Shown: positions 20,367-29,703 of the stretch, in pieces
Layout: each line of letters begins with the position of its first letter
How positions within the stretch are numbered: position 1 is the stretch's first letter
From: Candidatus Poribacteria bacterium
GTDB lineage: Bacteria; Poribacteria; WGA-4E; WGA-3G
NCBI GenBank assembly: GCA_965215265.1
Contig: OZ244048.1
Span: 32,001 to 96,000, forward strand
DNA: 64,000 bases
Reading direction: 5' to 3'
Translations under genes and position numbers: made by a program
The notes under the pieces: model-generated
The model's database searches: none
What the model was told of the DNA's origin: nothing
What the model saw: only the letters and a program-made list of their open reading frames with translations

Positions 20367-21638
20367 ATGAAAAAAGATCAAAACTATGACATCACTGTTA
20401 TAGGCGGCGGCCCCGCCGGAAGCACCGTTGCAGCCCTTGTTGCAGAGCAAGGGTATCGTGTCTTGCTGCTCGAACGTGAACCACAACCGAGTTTCAAAAT
20501 AGGCGAATCGCTCATCCCGGCAACATACTGGACGTTTAAACGGCTTGGGGTTCTTGACAAACTGCGAACGAGCCACTTTCCCAAAAAGTACAGTGTGCAA
20601 TTCTACTCACGCAACGGAAAAGCCTCTACACCGTTCTACTTCTTTGAAACGAACCCGCATGAAAGTGCTGTGACTTGGCAAGTTTTGCGGAGTGAATTCG
20701 ATCAGATGCTTCTTGAGAATGCTGAAGAAAAAGGAGCGGAAATTCGACGAGGCATGAGAGTAAACGACGTGCTCTTTGAGGGTAACAAGGCGGTCGGCGT
20801 TGTTATCTCGCCCGCACGGCGAGATGCGCGGTGCGAAATCATTCACGCCTCTGTCATCGTTGATTCCACGGGGCAGCGTTCTCTCCTCGGAAGGCAGTTA
20901 AACCTAAACGCGACGGAACCGAACTTAAAAATGGCATCCCTCTTTACCCATTTTGAAGGGGCACACCGCGATACGGGAATTGACGAGGGTGCGACGCTTA
21001 TCCTGCACACCAAGGCGAAGGAATCTTGGTTCTGGTCGATTCCGCTTCCTTACAACTGCACAAGCATTGGCGTTGTCGGGGAATTAGGATATCTGCTTCA
21101 GAATCGCAGGGATTCTAATGGAAAACTGGATGCACAGAAAATATTCGACGAAGAGTTGGAGAAGTGTCCAGCATTGAAGCAACGCCTTAACGGTGCAAAG
21201 CAGCTTTTTGGGATAAAGACGACCAAGGATTTCTCCTATCGCGCCAAACGTATTGCAGGCAATGGGTGGGTTTTGGTAGGAGATGCATTCGGATTTCTAG
21301 ATCCGGTTTATTCAACGGGGCTGTTTTTGGCCCTGAAATCCGGCGAGATGGCAGCTGATGCAATTATGGAAGCGTTTAAAAAGAACGACTTTTCTGAGGC
21401 GCGGTTGGGAAATTTCGGACCGACATTTGTTAAGGGCATGGAAGCGTTCCGGAAATTAGTTTACGCCTTCTATACAAAGGAATTTAGTTTCGCCCGGTTC
21501 CTCGCACAACATCCGGAGCAGCAGGATAATATCATTGATATTCTCAGTGGAGATGTCTTTAGAAAAGACGTAACTTCCCTTTTTCCGGCGATGGCAGAGA
21601 TGTGCCAACTTCCGCCGGACATCCAGTTAATACCGTAG
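20367..21638 (+). CDS. Flavin-dependent halogenase-like oxidoreductase
   Basis: GxGxxG 'IGGGPAG', 'KIGESLIP', Lys in 'FPKKYS', WxWxIP 'WFWSIP', 'GDAFGFLDPVYSTG'. Confidence 0.8.
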   Translation: MKKDQNYDITVIGGGPAGSTVAALVAEQGYRVLLLEREPQPSFKIGESLIPATYWTFKRLGVLDKLRTSHFPKKYSVQFYSRNGKASTPFYFFETNPHESAVTWQVLRSEFDQMLLENAEEKGAEIRRGMRVNDVLFEGNKAVGVVISPARRDARCEIIHASVIVDSTGQRSLLGRQLNLNATEPNLKMASLFTHFEGAHRDTGIDEGATLILHTKAKESWFWSIPLPYNCTSIGVVGELGYLLQNRRDSNGKLDAQKIFDEELEKCPALKQRLNGAKQLFGIKTTKDFSYRAKRIAGNGWVLVGDAFGFLDPVYSTGLFLALKSGEMAADAIMEAFKKNDFSEARLGNFGPTFVKGMEAFRKLVYAFYTKEFSFARFLAQHPEQQDNIIDILSGDVFRKDVTSLFPAMAEMCQLPPDIQLIP

Positions 21639-21740
21639 ACGATTTCTTAGCAGAACTTCTTTTTCAGTCCCAGTGGAGTGGCATGTGACGCGTCAACCGA
21701 AACTTATGGGTAATAGTAAACTAATTTGTAAGGAGAGCAC

Positions 21741-22712
21741 ATGAAAATAATTACAAACGTTATAACCGTAATCTGTCTCATCTCAGCGTTATCCATTAAC
21801 ATGGGGTGCGACAACAGTGCTAAGCGCCGCTATATCAGCATCGGGACTGCTCCTGCCGGAGGCGCGTTTTTTCCCGTGGGTGGTGCAATTGCAGAGGTTG
21901 TTGGTAGTAACCCTCCGGAGAAAAATTGGGAAGTTACTGCTGAAGCGACGAAAGGGACGCAGGAAAATATCCGACATCTTGTGAATGGTGATTTAGAATT
22001 CGCACTTGCGAACGCGGCAATTTCTTATTTTGCTGTGCGCGGTGAAGGTGTGTGGGGAGAACCACACAATATCCGCGTAGTCATGACACTTGCTCCGAAT
22101 GTTGCACTGTTTGTCACACCAAAATCCTCGGGCATCCAAACAATTGCCGATTTGAAAGGCAAACGTGTCGTTGTAGGTCCCGCCGGGGCAGGTTTTGAAC
22201 ATTTCCTTCAGCCTCTACTCGCTGAGCACGGTGTTACATATAAGGATTTTACCGACATTAACAGTACTTACATCGGTGCCGTGGATCTGCTTGCTGACGG
22301 TTCAGCCGCTGCAGCGTTCATGGGTGGGGCAATTCCGACCCCTGCTGTTATCCAAGCCTCTACATCTCAAGACATATTTTTGATTCCGTTTGATGACTCG
22401 GCAACACGGTCACTGTTTAAAAAGTATCCCTTCTTTAATGCAATTACCCTTCCCGCTAATACTTATAAGGGTCAGACCGAACCGTTTGCAACCATGAATG
22501 TAGGCGCGATGCACCTTATCACTTCCGAGAAGGTCGATGAATCCCTCGTCTATCAATTTACCAAGGTTCTGTACACAAATCGTGCGGAAGTTGTCAAACG
22601 TCATGGAGCCGGCAAGGCAATTAATCCGAAAAATGTTGTGAAAAATACCGGCACGCCTTTTCATCCGGGGGCTATCCGTTTTTATCGTGAAATTGGTATT
22701 TGGACCGAATGA
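21741..22712 (+). CDS. TAXI family TRAP transporter solute receptor (lipoprotein)
   Basis: '[20 protein letters not shown]', 'ATKGTQENI', 'DLKGKRV', '[12 protein letters not shown]'. Confidence 0.9.
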   Translation: MKIITNVITVICLISALSINMGCDNSAKRRYISIGTAPAGGAFFPVGGAIAEVVGSNPPEKNWEVTAEATKGTQENIRHLVNGDLEFALANAAISYFAVRGEGVWGEPHNIRVVMTLAPNVALFVTPKSSGIQTIADLKGKRVVVGPAGAGFEHFLQPLLAEHGVTYKDFTDINSTYIGAVDLLADGSAAAAFMGGAIPTPAVIQASTSQDIFLIPFDDSATRSLFKKYPFFNAITLPANTYKGQTEPFATMNVGAMHLITSEKVDESLVYQFTKVLYTNRAEVVKRHGAGKAINPKNVVKNTGTPFHPGAIRFYREIGIWTE

Positions 22713-23208
22713 ACCAGATCTGCGTAAACAAAGGAACCTTCCGGACCTTTCAGCTTGACGTGCGCGGTGGGATAAAAGAGTTGTCAAAAATCAGTACAAT
22801 TATTAAAATCGCATTGGGCAGTATCGCCGGTTTCTCTCTGCTTGTGGGTGGTATTGGCATTATGAACATGATGTTGGTGGCTGTCGGGGAATGGACCCGT
22901 GAGTTCGGGTTGCGCAGGGCACTCGGCGCGAAACGCTTGGATATTCTCTTACAGTTTTTGAGCGAAGCTATGATGATGTGTAGTATTGGCGGCGTGCTTG
23001 GAGTGGGGTGAGGCGTTGTCTTCAGCAAAGGGCTGGCGTATCTGGCGGTGCGAATTGCGAAGATAGTACCCAATGGCCCGCGGTTCTCTCGCTGGAGTGG
23101 GTGCTGATTTCGGTCTCTTTTTCCGCGTTCCTTGGCATTTGCTTCGGCTTGTATCCTGCAATAAAAGCGACGCGACTGTCACCTATTGAAGCATTGCGCG
23201 CTGAGTAA
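22700..23208 (+). pseudogene. MacB/FtsX ABC permease C-terminal remnant, frameshifted
   Basis: '[32 protein letters not shown]' and 'FGLYPAIKATRLSPIEALRAE' lie in different frames. Confidence 0.85.
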
Positions 23209-23237
23209 TCAGAATCAGAAAAAAATTAGTAAAAAAC

Positions 23238-23266
23238 TTGACAATCCTTCTATTTTGTGGTATTAT
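23238..23266 (+). promoter_or_regulatory. Sigma70 promoter of the tRNA pair
   Basis: TTGACA-17 nt-TATTAT with an A-rich UP region. Confidence 0.75.
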
Positions 23267-23290
23267 TATATAGTCTAATATAATTCTGAT

Positions 23291-23363
23291 GCCGAGATAG
23301 CTCAGTCGGTAGAGCAGTAGACTGAAAATCTATGTGTCGGCAGTTCGATTCTGCCTCTCGGCA
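23291..23363 (+). tRNA. tRNA-Phe (GAA)
   Basis: GCCGAGA/TCTCGGC acceptor stem, anticodon loop CTGAAAA, GTTCGA T-loop; CCA not encoded. Confidence 0.96.
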
Positions 23364-23371
23364 TTTCCGCA

Positions 23372-23443
23372 GCCGGTGTAGCTCAGTGGAAGAGCAACTG
23401 ATTCGTAATCAGTAGGTCGGAGGTTCAAATCCTCTCATCGGCT
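23372..23443 (+). tRNA. tRNA-Thr (CGT)
   Basis: GCCGGTG/CATCGGC acceptor stem, anticodon loop TTCGTAA, GGTTCAAAT T-arm; CCA not encoded. Confidence 0.96.
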
Positions 23444-23608
23444 TTTCTTTATTTTTGAGGTTTTTTTGTTAAAAAATGATACAATTCTTGTCCGTCCGAC
23501 CACTGATGTATTGCATGTGATTACTTTTGCGACTTATATTGCGCCTTTCCTTGTGGCTTACTCGTACGCAGAAGTTCCTGCATCGCCATGACAGTTCTGT
23601 TGCCAGCC

Positions 23609-24709
23609 TTATTCTGCTTCATACGCCAGATCTTCTTCAAGAGATTTGATATTCGCCAGGACTGTGGGATGTGGTTCTAGTTCATAGACTTTTCGATACA
23701 TTTCTAGAGCGGCTGCTTTGTCGTCGAGGAAGCCGGCATAAATTTCGCCCATCCGTTCCCATGCGCGAACTTCTTCCGGATCAAGTTGTACAATCCGTTC
23801 ATAAACTTCGAGAGCGTCTGCGTATGGACGCGTTTCTGCTTCGCGCTCAAGTGCCGTGGCACGAGCAAAGAGGAGAGCGATGAGGGCATCTTTGGCTTCT
23901 ATCATATCCTGTTGTTTTGTAACCGCCTCTTCTAACAACAGGATTGCCTGAGTTTCCAGCATCGTTATCTGTTCCATATCCTTTTCCGTGAATTCCCTAT
24001 CCAAGAATCGATAATTTTGAAGCATTCTGCTGTATGTTCGTGAGAGTTGAAGGCGGGCCAACACGCCGATCGGTGCTTTTTCAGACGAAATATCTTGTAG
24101 ATGCGGGTCGTTTTCGATGGCTTGTTTATAGTGTGACGCTGCCTCTGCAAATTGTTTGTTTCCTTGGTACAGAACACCGAGGAGATAATGTGCTTCTGCA
24201 TTACCGGGATTTTTTTGTATGACTGCTAAGAATTGTTCTGCAGCTTCAGCAAGTAGGCCTTCATCGCGAAACAGTTTGCCGCGTAAGAGGCGAACATCTT
24301 GATGTTGAGGTTGGATACGTTCTGCATATTCCAAACGTGCCTTGGCATCTTCCAGCCAGCTGCTCTGTGAATAAATTTCAGCGAGACGTAGATTGGCATG
24401 CAGGCGTGCGGTATCGTTATTAGGAAATTTGGCTGACAGTAAATCGTTGATAGGTTCTGAGTCGAGTGCCTGCAGTGCCTGCCAATAGAGAAATACTGCG
24501 CTGGCAAGGTCTTGATTCTCAAAGTCAGCATCAGCTTTTTCTATGAAGGTTACTACTTGAGACAACGGTGGCGGTTCAGGTTCTGCCCCGCCTCTGCGTA
24601 TGAGGAAAGCTGCTAATACGACAAAACTAATAATTGCAACCGTTTCAGCGTAAAAAAGCCAATGCTGTAGTGACGGTCGCAAGCTGCGTGCTAAAAATGA
24701 TTTGAACAT
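23609..24709 (-). CDS. Membrane-anchored tetratricopeptide repeat protein
   Basis: N-terminal TM helix; TPRs such as 'NPGNAEAHYLLGVLY'; alternative start at 24772. Confidence 0.85.
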   Translation of the reverse strand: MFKSFLARSLRPSLQHWLFYAETVAIISFVVLAAFLIRRGGAEPEPPPLSQVVTFIEKADADFENQDLASAVFLYWQALQALDSEPINDLLSAKFPNNDTARLHANLRLAEIYSQSSWLEDAKARLEYAERIQPQHQDVRLLRGKLFRDEGLLAEAAEQFLAVIQKNPGNAEAHYLLGVLYQGNKQFAEAASHYKQAIENDPHLQDISSEKAPIGVLARLQLSRTYSRMLQNYRFLDREFTEKDMEQITMLETQAILLLEEAVTKQQDMIEAKDALIALLFARATALEREAETRPYADALEVYERIVQLDPEEVRAWERMGEIYAGFLDDKAAALEMYRKVYELEPHPTVLANIKSLEEDLAYEAE

Positions 24710-24777
24710 GTGAGTGCCTCTATTTCTTTGCCAGATGTGGAGGGGTATAACTTCGGAGATACCCGGCCGCATGTGAC

Positions 24778-26619
24778 TTATTGCTGCTCAATCTCCTCAA
24801 GCAGTTCGAGCATTTTTTCAGCATTGATAAATCCGGAGACGCGCTTGCGAATATTTTCCTGTGCGTCCATGAAAATGATGACAGGTAATCCGGGTATTTG
24901 ATACTTCTGTGTCAGGGCCTGTGTCGTCTTAGAGCTTCGAGTGAAGTCGAGTTTGATATTAACATAGTTCTCAAGTTTTGCAGCGACAGCTGGATCTGAG
25001 TAGGTTTCGTGGTCAAGTTCTTTGCAAGCGGCACACCAAGAAGCATAAAAGTCAAGCATCACCAATTTGTTTTCGCGTTTAGCTATCTCCAATCCTTCTG
25101 TTTCATCGTAAACCCAGTTAAGTTCGGGCCCGGCAGGTTGTTGAATTCCACCAATAAGCATATAACTGCCGAGTACAGCTAACAGAATACCGCAGGCTTT
25201 GCGGAGCTGCGTGCGGTGCGGAATGTCACTAAAACGTTGTGTCAACTTGCCAAGTAATAGCCCACTGACAATGAGCAACAAGGCGATTCCAAAAAATACG
25301 AGGGAATTCTGCAGGAAACTCTGCAACGGTTCAAATACATCTTTGAGGAAATAGAGTGCCATTGTTATGATAGCAATGCCGAAAAGATTTTCTAAGACAT
25401 ACATCCATCCGCCGGAACGAGGCAACGCAGAGAGCAGACCGGAGAAGGTCCCTATGCCGATAAATAGCAACCCCATGCCGAGTGCGTAGGTAAACATGAG
25501 CCAGAATCCGAGAAAAAGGCTGCCCGTTGTGGCTATGTAGGTTAAAACGACGGCTAAGGCAGGTCCAGTGCAAGGTGCAGCGATAACCCCGGCGACGGTG
25601 CCCATGGCGAATGCCCCGGCGAATCCGGTCCCGCCCACCGTGTTAAGACGACTCTGGATGGCGTACGGCAAGCGGAGCTCAAACACGCCTAGCATTGACA
25701 GCCCAAGTGATACGAGAATCACGCTAATAAAGCCGACAACCCACGGGTTTGCCATAATCTGGCCGAAGACTGCCCCGGTGGAGGCAACTGCTACGCCTAA
25801 AATGGCATAGGTAACGACGATGCCAAGCACATAGATAACAGAGAGTAAAAAGGACTTGAGAAGCCCTGTTGACTCATTTGCCCCGAAAATGGAGACGGTT
25901 ATCGGAATGAGTGGATACACACACGGTGTCAGACTAGTCAGGATGCCCCCTGCGAACACGAGTAGGAAGGCGAGCCAGACCTGTCCACCGGACAAGGCGC
26001 GTGCAAGGCTCCCTTTTTCTTCGCCTGGACTTGCACCCATCTCTGGAAGACTGCCGAATTTGAGAGTGGCGAAAATTGCATCATTTTCACGCCGGATAGG
26101 TTGATCGAGCCCTACCACTTCAATCGGAATCGGGATAGCAACCGTTTCCGGGAATAGACAGGCTTCATCACTACAAGCTTGGTAGCGCAGCTGCAGTGCC
26201 AAAGTTGTTGCTTCAAGGGGTGCAGTCTCACGCAATTCGGTTTGAATCCCGATAACCACCTCATCATGATACACAGGGGCTTTTCCGATTGATGCAATCT
26301 CAAGTATTTCCCCGGGTGGGTATACGACTTCTCCGAAGGTGAAATTGGAGGCCTCGGGTAAAAGCACCTCTGTCGGAATTAGATTCTGACCGGCAGGATT
26401 GGCATTCGCATGCCACCCCTCTGCAAACTGTATGACAATCGCAATTTGGAATTGACTACTGGGTTGTACTTTGTTAACTGAGAGGTACCCATTTGCGCTG
26501 AGTTTCTCAACTGCTGCATTCTCGGAAATCCCAAAATCAGTTAATTGTCCCCATGCGTTCATAGAGCTCGCTGTGTTCAGCACAAAGAACAAAATCCAAA
26601 GCAAATTTATCTTAGTCAT
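24778..26619 (-). CDS. dsbD: Thiol:disulfide interchange protein DsbD
   Basis: N-domain 'YQACSDEACL', TM 'LTPCVYPLIP' and 'AAPCTGP', thioredoxin 'FYASWCAACK'. Confidence 0.92.
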   Translation of the reverse strand: MTKINLLWILFFVLNTASSMNAWGQLTDFGISENAAVEKLSANGYLSVNKVQPSSQFQIAIVIQFAEGWHANANPAGQNLIPTEVLLPEASNFTFGEVVYPPGEILEIASIGKAPVYHDEVVIGIQTELRETAPLEATTLALQLRYQACSDEACLFPETVAIPIPIEVVGLDQPIRRENDAIFATLKFGSLPEMGASPGEEKGSLARALSGGQVWLAFLLVFAGGILTSLTPCVYPLIPITVSIFGANESTGLLKSFLLSVIYVLGIVVTYAILGVAVASTGAVFGQIMANPWVVGFISVILVSLGLSMLGVFELRLPYAIQSRLNTVGGTGFAGAFAMGTVAGVIAAPCTGPALAVVLTYIATTGSLFLGFWLMFTYALGMGLLFIGIGTFSGLLSALPRSGGWMYVLENLFGIAIITMALYFLKDVFEPLQSFLQNSLVFFGIALLLIVSGLLLGKLTQRFSDIPHRTQLRKACGILLAVLGSYMLIGGIQQPAGPELNWVYDETEGLEIAKRENKLVMLDFYASWCAACKELDHETYSDPAVAAKLENYVNIKLDFTRSSKTTQALTQKYQIPGLPVIIFMDAQENIRKRVSGFINAEKMLELLEEIEQQ

Positions 26620-26644
26620 AATTCAGTTTCCTCATTTATCATAG

Positions 26645-28198
26645 TTACTTCGGTTCAAGTACAACACAAGGCAAGATCATCTCTTCTAGCGAAATGCCGC
26701 CGTGCTGGAAGCTGCCATCAAAGAGTTCTTTGTAGATATTAAACTGCGGCTCATAAACAAAATAGTAGTTCTCTTTCGCGAGGAGGTAGTGTGATGCTTC
26801 TTTGCTGCCGGGTAACCGATAGGCTTCGGGTTTTTTTATCATCAGGCCGGCTTCTGGATTGCAGAGAATATTCTTTCCCTCTTTAAACCTGAGTCCGGTG
26901 GAGAACTTGGAACGACTAGAAACTTTTACAGCATTTTGACAAAGCACAGAACCGTGGTCGGAGGTTAAGACGACAGTGATGCCGCGCTCAGCAGCGATTC
27001 TCAACATTTTATACAGAGCTGAATGTTGAAACCATGCTGGTATGAGCGTTCTAAACGCTTCCTCGTTGGGAATAAGTTGTTGAAGCAAAGGCACCTCACA
27101 CCGAGTATGCGTCAGCATATCCAGGAAGTCAATAACCAGTGCTGCTAAACTGACCTGTTCTACGGTGTTTAACCATTGAAGGTATTGTGCTTCTCCGCGA
27201 GCATCAAAAATTTTAAAGTAATGCGGAGGGGGTTTGAGAAGTATGCCATGCCGTTCGAGTTGTAAACGCATGAATTCCTTCTCATAACGGTTACCACTCG
27301 TAGGGGATTCATCTGTTCCGGCGTATAAATCGGGGTGTCTTTGTGCGAATTCACGTGGGAAAAGTCCACTAAAAATAGCATTGCGTGCATAACGAGTCGC
27401 TGTCGGGACAATAGAGTAGTAATAGTCTTTGGTGATGTAGAAGATCGGATAGAGGAGCGGTTCAATTTTTAACCAGTGGTCAAGGCGCATACAGTCGATG
27501 GTGACAAACAGTACTTTTTTTCCTGCTTGTATTTCCGGAATGACATACTTGTAAAAGATATCCACGGAGAAGGTCGGTGAATCTGCGCTCTCGATCCAAT
27601 GGCAGTAATTTTCCTCTATAGCCTTAGAGAAAGCGGCATTAGCTTCCTGTTTTTCCATGGTGTGGATATTTTTCAGTTCATCCGCGTTTTGAAGTACGTC
27701 AAGTTTGAGGTCCCACTCAACAAGATGTACGTATGTATCTACCCAGGCTTGCCAATCGTTTAAGTTGTGTTGTCCTAACGCGTGCTGTGTATTAAAGTTG
27801 TGTACGTATGCTTGCGGTGTGTGTGCTTCTCGCATTGCATTCTTTTTAAGGAAAAAAGTGAGACCCGCTGCCAACTGCTGTGGGCTTGTAGGCATGATTA
27901 AAACATCGTCGGCTTCATGCAGGTGAGCCTGAAGTTTCCCGTCCTTTATCAATAGGATGACCGGGATGTGGGCATCTTCTTTGCGGATGTGTGAAAGCAG
28001 ATGGTACCCGTTTAGTTTGGGTACATCCTGATTCAGAAGTACTGCGTTGTAGCTCCAGTCTCTGAGTAGCCCGATGCCCTCTTCAACGTTTGCTGTAAAT
28101 GACACGTCGTATCCTTGGTACTCTAAAAATCGAACGTACGGTTTCAACTCAGAAATCGTATTATCAATCCACAAAATCCTCCCTTTTTTCTCTTTCAT
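26645..28198 (-). CDS. PorX-like receiver-PglZ (alkaline phosphatase superfamily) protein
   Basis: N-terminal REC-like domain; 'IDCMRLD', 'PTATRYARNAIFSG', 'TSDHG', 'FQHGGISLEEMILP'. Confidence 0.88.
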   Translation of the reverse strand: MKEKKGRILWIDNTISELKPYVRFLEYQGYDVSFTANVEEGIGLLRDWSYNAVLLNQDVPKLNGYHLLSHIRKEDAHIPVILLIKDGKLQAHLHEADDVLIMPTSPQQLAAGLTFFLKKNAMREAHTPQAYVHNFNTQHALGQHNLNDWQAWVDTYVHLVEWDLKLDVLQNADELKNIHTMEKQEANAAFSKAIEENYCHWIESADSPTFSVDIFYKYVIPEIQAGKKVLFVTIDCMRLDHWLKIEPLLYPIFYITKDYYYSIVPTATRYARNAIFSGLFPREFAQRHPDLYAGTDESPTSGNRYEKEFMRLQLERHGILLKPPPHYFKIFDARGEAQYLQWLNTVEQVSLAALVIDFLDMLTHTRCEVPLLQQLIPNEEAFRTLIPAWFQHSALYKMLRIAAERGITVVLTSDHGSVLCQNAVKVSSRSKFSTGLRFKEGKNILCNPEAGLMIKKPEAYRLPGSKEASHYLLAKENYYFVYEPQFNIYKELFDGSFQHGGISLEEMILPCVVLEPK

Positions 28199-28299
28199 TT
28201 AATTTCCCCTTTGGCTGAGTGCCTTAACCATGCATTTATTTTTGCTTCTGCTTCTGATGAGGCGTTTATGATATCCTCATAAAATTCTCCTCCGTCCAT

Positions 28300-29634
28300 T
28301 TAGATACCTGATACAAAACGCCCTGGATTCAACAAGCCCGCTGCATCAAACTTCGCTTTTACCTGCTTCATCAAGCGGAGTTTGTTGCCAACCGTTCCCC
28401 ACACGTCAATGAGCGCTTTAAATTCGTGCGGTGCTGACACTATAGTAAGGCTACCTTGTTTCATTATAACCTGTTGACGAAGCTGCGCTAATTTATCAGC
28501 TAGCGACTGCGGCGTTGTTCCGGAATGATCTGTCGGAATTCTGAGGTATAGCACGCCATTTCCGAGTAACGCCATCATCTCTCCGGCTTCTTTCTGTATC
28601 TGTTCAGCACATTCAGCAATATCCGTCCGTTTTAGGTGAATTTGGACAGATATGTGCTTGGCGATGCTGCTGCGTTGTGAAGCCTTCTGCGCGGGAAATT
28701 CATGAATAGCCTCCTGAAGCCGTTGGTACGATTCTTGTTCTTCTTCTATAATTGTCACACCTATCGCGCCATTTTGTTCCAGAATTCTGTCCGTTTCATT
28801 CAGCTGCCACGTGACCGTTTCAGAATCCCCTCCGAATCCGACTATCACCGTTGGATGCTTCTGTGAGAATTGATTGAACGCAGTATTCACAAATAGGTTG
28901 ACAAAAGTCGGTAGGGCCTGCGATTGCAAAATATTTAAGCCTGCGTTAGCTGCTTCCTTAACGTTTTTAAATTGGGCAATCAGTACTGCTTGTCGTGCCG
29001 GCAGCGGGGCTAACTTAAGCGTTAGTTCGGAAATGATACCGAGTGTTCCAAAGGAGCCGATGTACAGTTTATTAAGATCGTAGCCTGCAACATTTTTCAC
29101 GACTCTGCCGCCGCTTCTGACAACGGTGCCGTCTGCTAGAACCACTTGTAGGCCGAGGACTTGATTTCGAGCAGTGCCGTATCGTAGACGGAGCGAGCCG
29201 TTAGCATTTGCTGCGACGATGCCGCCGATGGTGCATTGTTCTGCATAAGGGGGATGCAGTGGCAGAAACTGTCCGTTTTGTGCTAGTTTTTTTTGCAGGG
29301 CAGCCAGCCGGATTCCTGCTTCCACGGTAACGGTTAAATCTGCGGGTTCATATTCTACCACGTCGTTGAGGCGCGTTGTCGAGAGCATGATATCTACTTT
29401 TGGTGGCAGGTTCCCGATGCCGAGTTTGGTACCGCTGCCTGTTGGAATAACAGAGAGGTGCCGGTTTGTCGCGTAACGCAGAACGTCTTGTATCTCCGGA
29501 ACAGATGCCGGTAAAACAACAGCCTTCGGGAGGAGGCCGTCAACCGTATAAGATGGTAGCTGCGCCTCCGGTAAGATGCCTACTTCCCCAACAATTGGCT
29601 TAAGCTCATTGTGCAATGCACCTGAAGTTTCCAT
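28300..29634 (-). CDS. glcE: Glycolate oxidase FAD-binding subunit GlcE-like
   Basis: 'EYEPADLTVTVEAG', 'GGRVVKNVAGYDLNKL', 'FDAAGLLNPG'; adjacent to glcD. Confidence 0.8.
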   Translation of the reverse strand: METSGALHNELKPIVGEVGILPEAQLPSYTVDGLLPKAVVLPASVPEIQDVLRYATNRHLSVIPTGSGTKLGIGNLPPKVDIMLSTTRLNDVVEYEPADLTVTVEAGIRLAALQKKLAQNGQFLPLHPPYAEQCTIGGIVAANANGSLRLRYGTARNQVLGLQVVLADGTVVRSGGRVVKNVAGYDLNKLYIGSFGTLGIISELTLKLAPLPARQAVLIAQFKNVKEAANAGLNILQSQALPTFVNLFVNTAFNQFSQKHPTVIVGFGGDSETVTWQLNETDRILEQNGAIGVTIIEEEQESYQRLQEAIHEFPAQKASQRSSIAKHISVQIHLKRTDIAECAEQIQKEAGEMMALLGNGVLYLRIPTDHSGTTPQSLADKLAQLRQQVIMKQGSLTIVSAPHEFKALIDVWGTVGNKLRLMKQVKAKFDAAGLLNPGRFVSGI

Positions 29635-29703
29635 GTGCTATCTCATTCTCCGTCCAAATTATCGTTGTCAACAGAAAAGCGAAAAATGCAGTTGAGACAT
29701 CAG

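Noticed and set aside
23291-23443. tRNA pair as an integration site
   Set aside because: I saw no duplicated tRNA 3' end and no integrase in the window.
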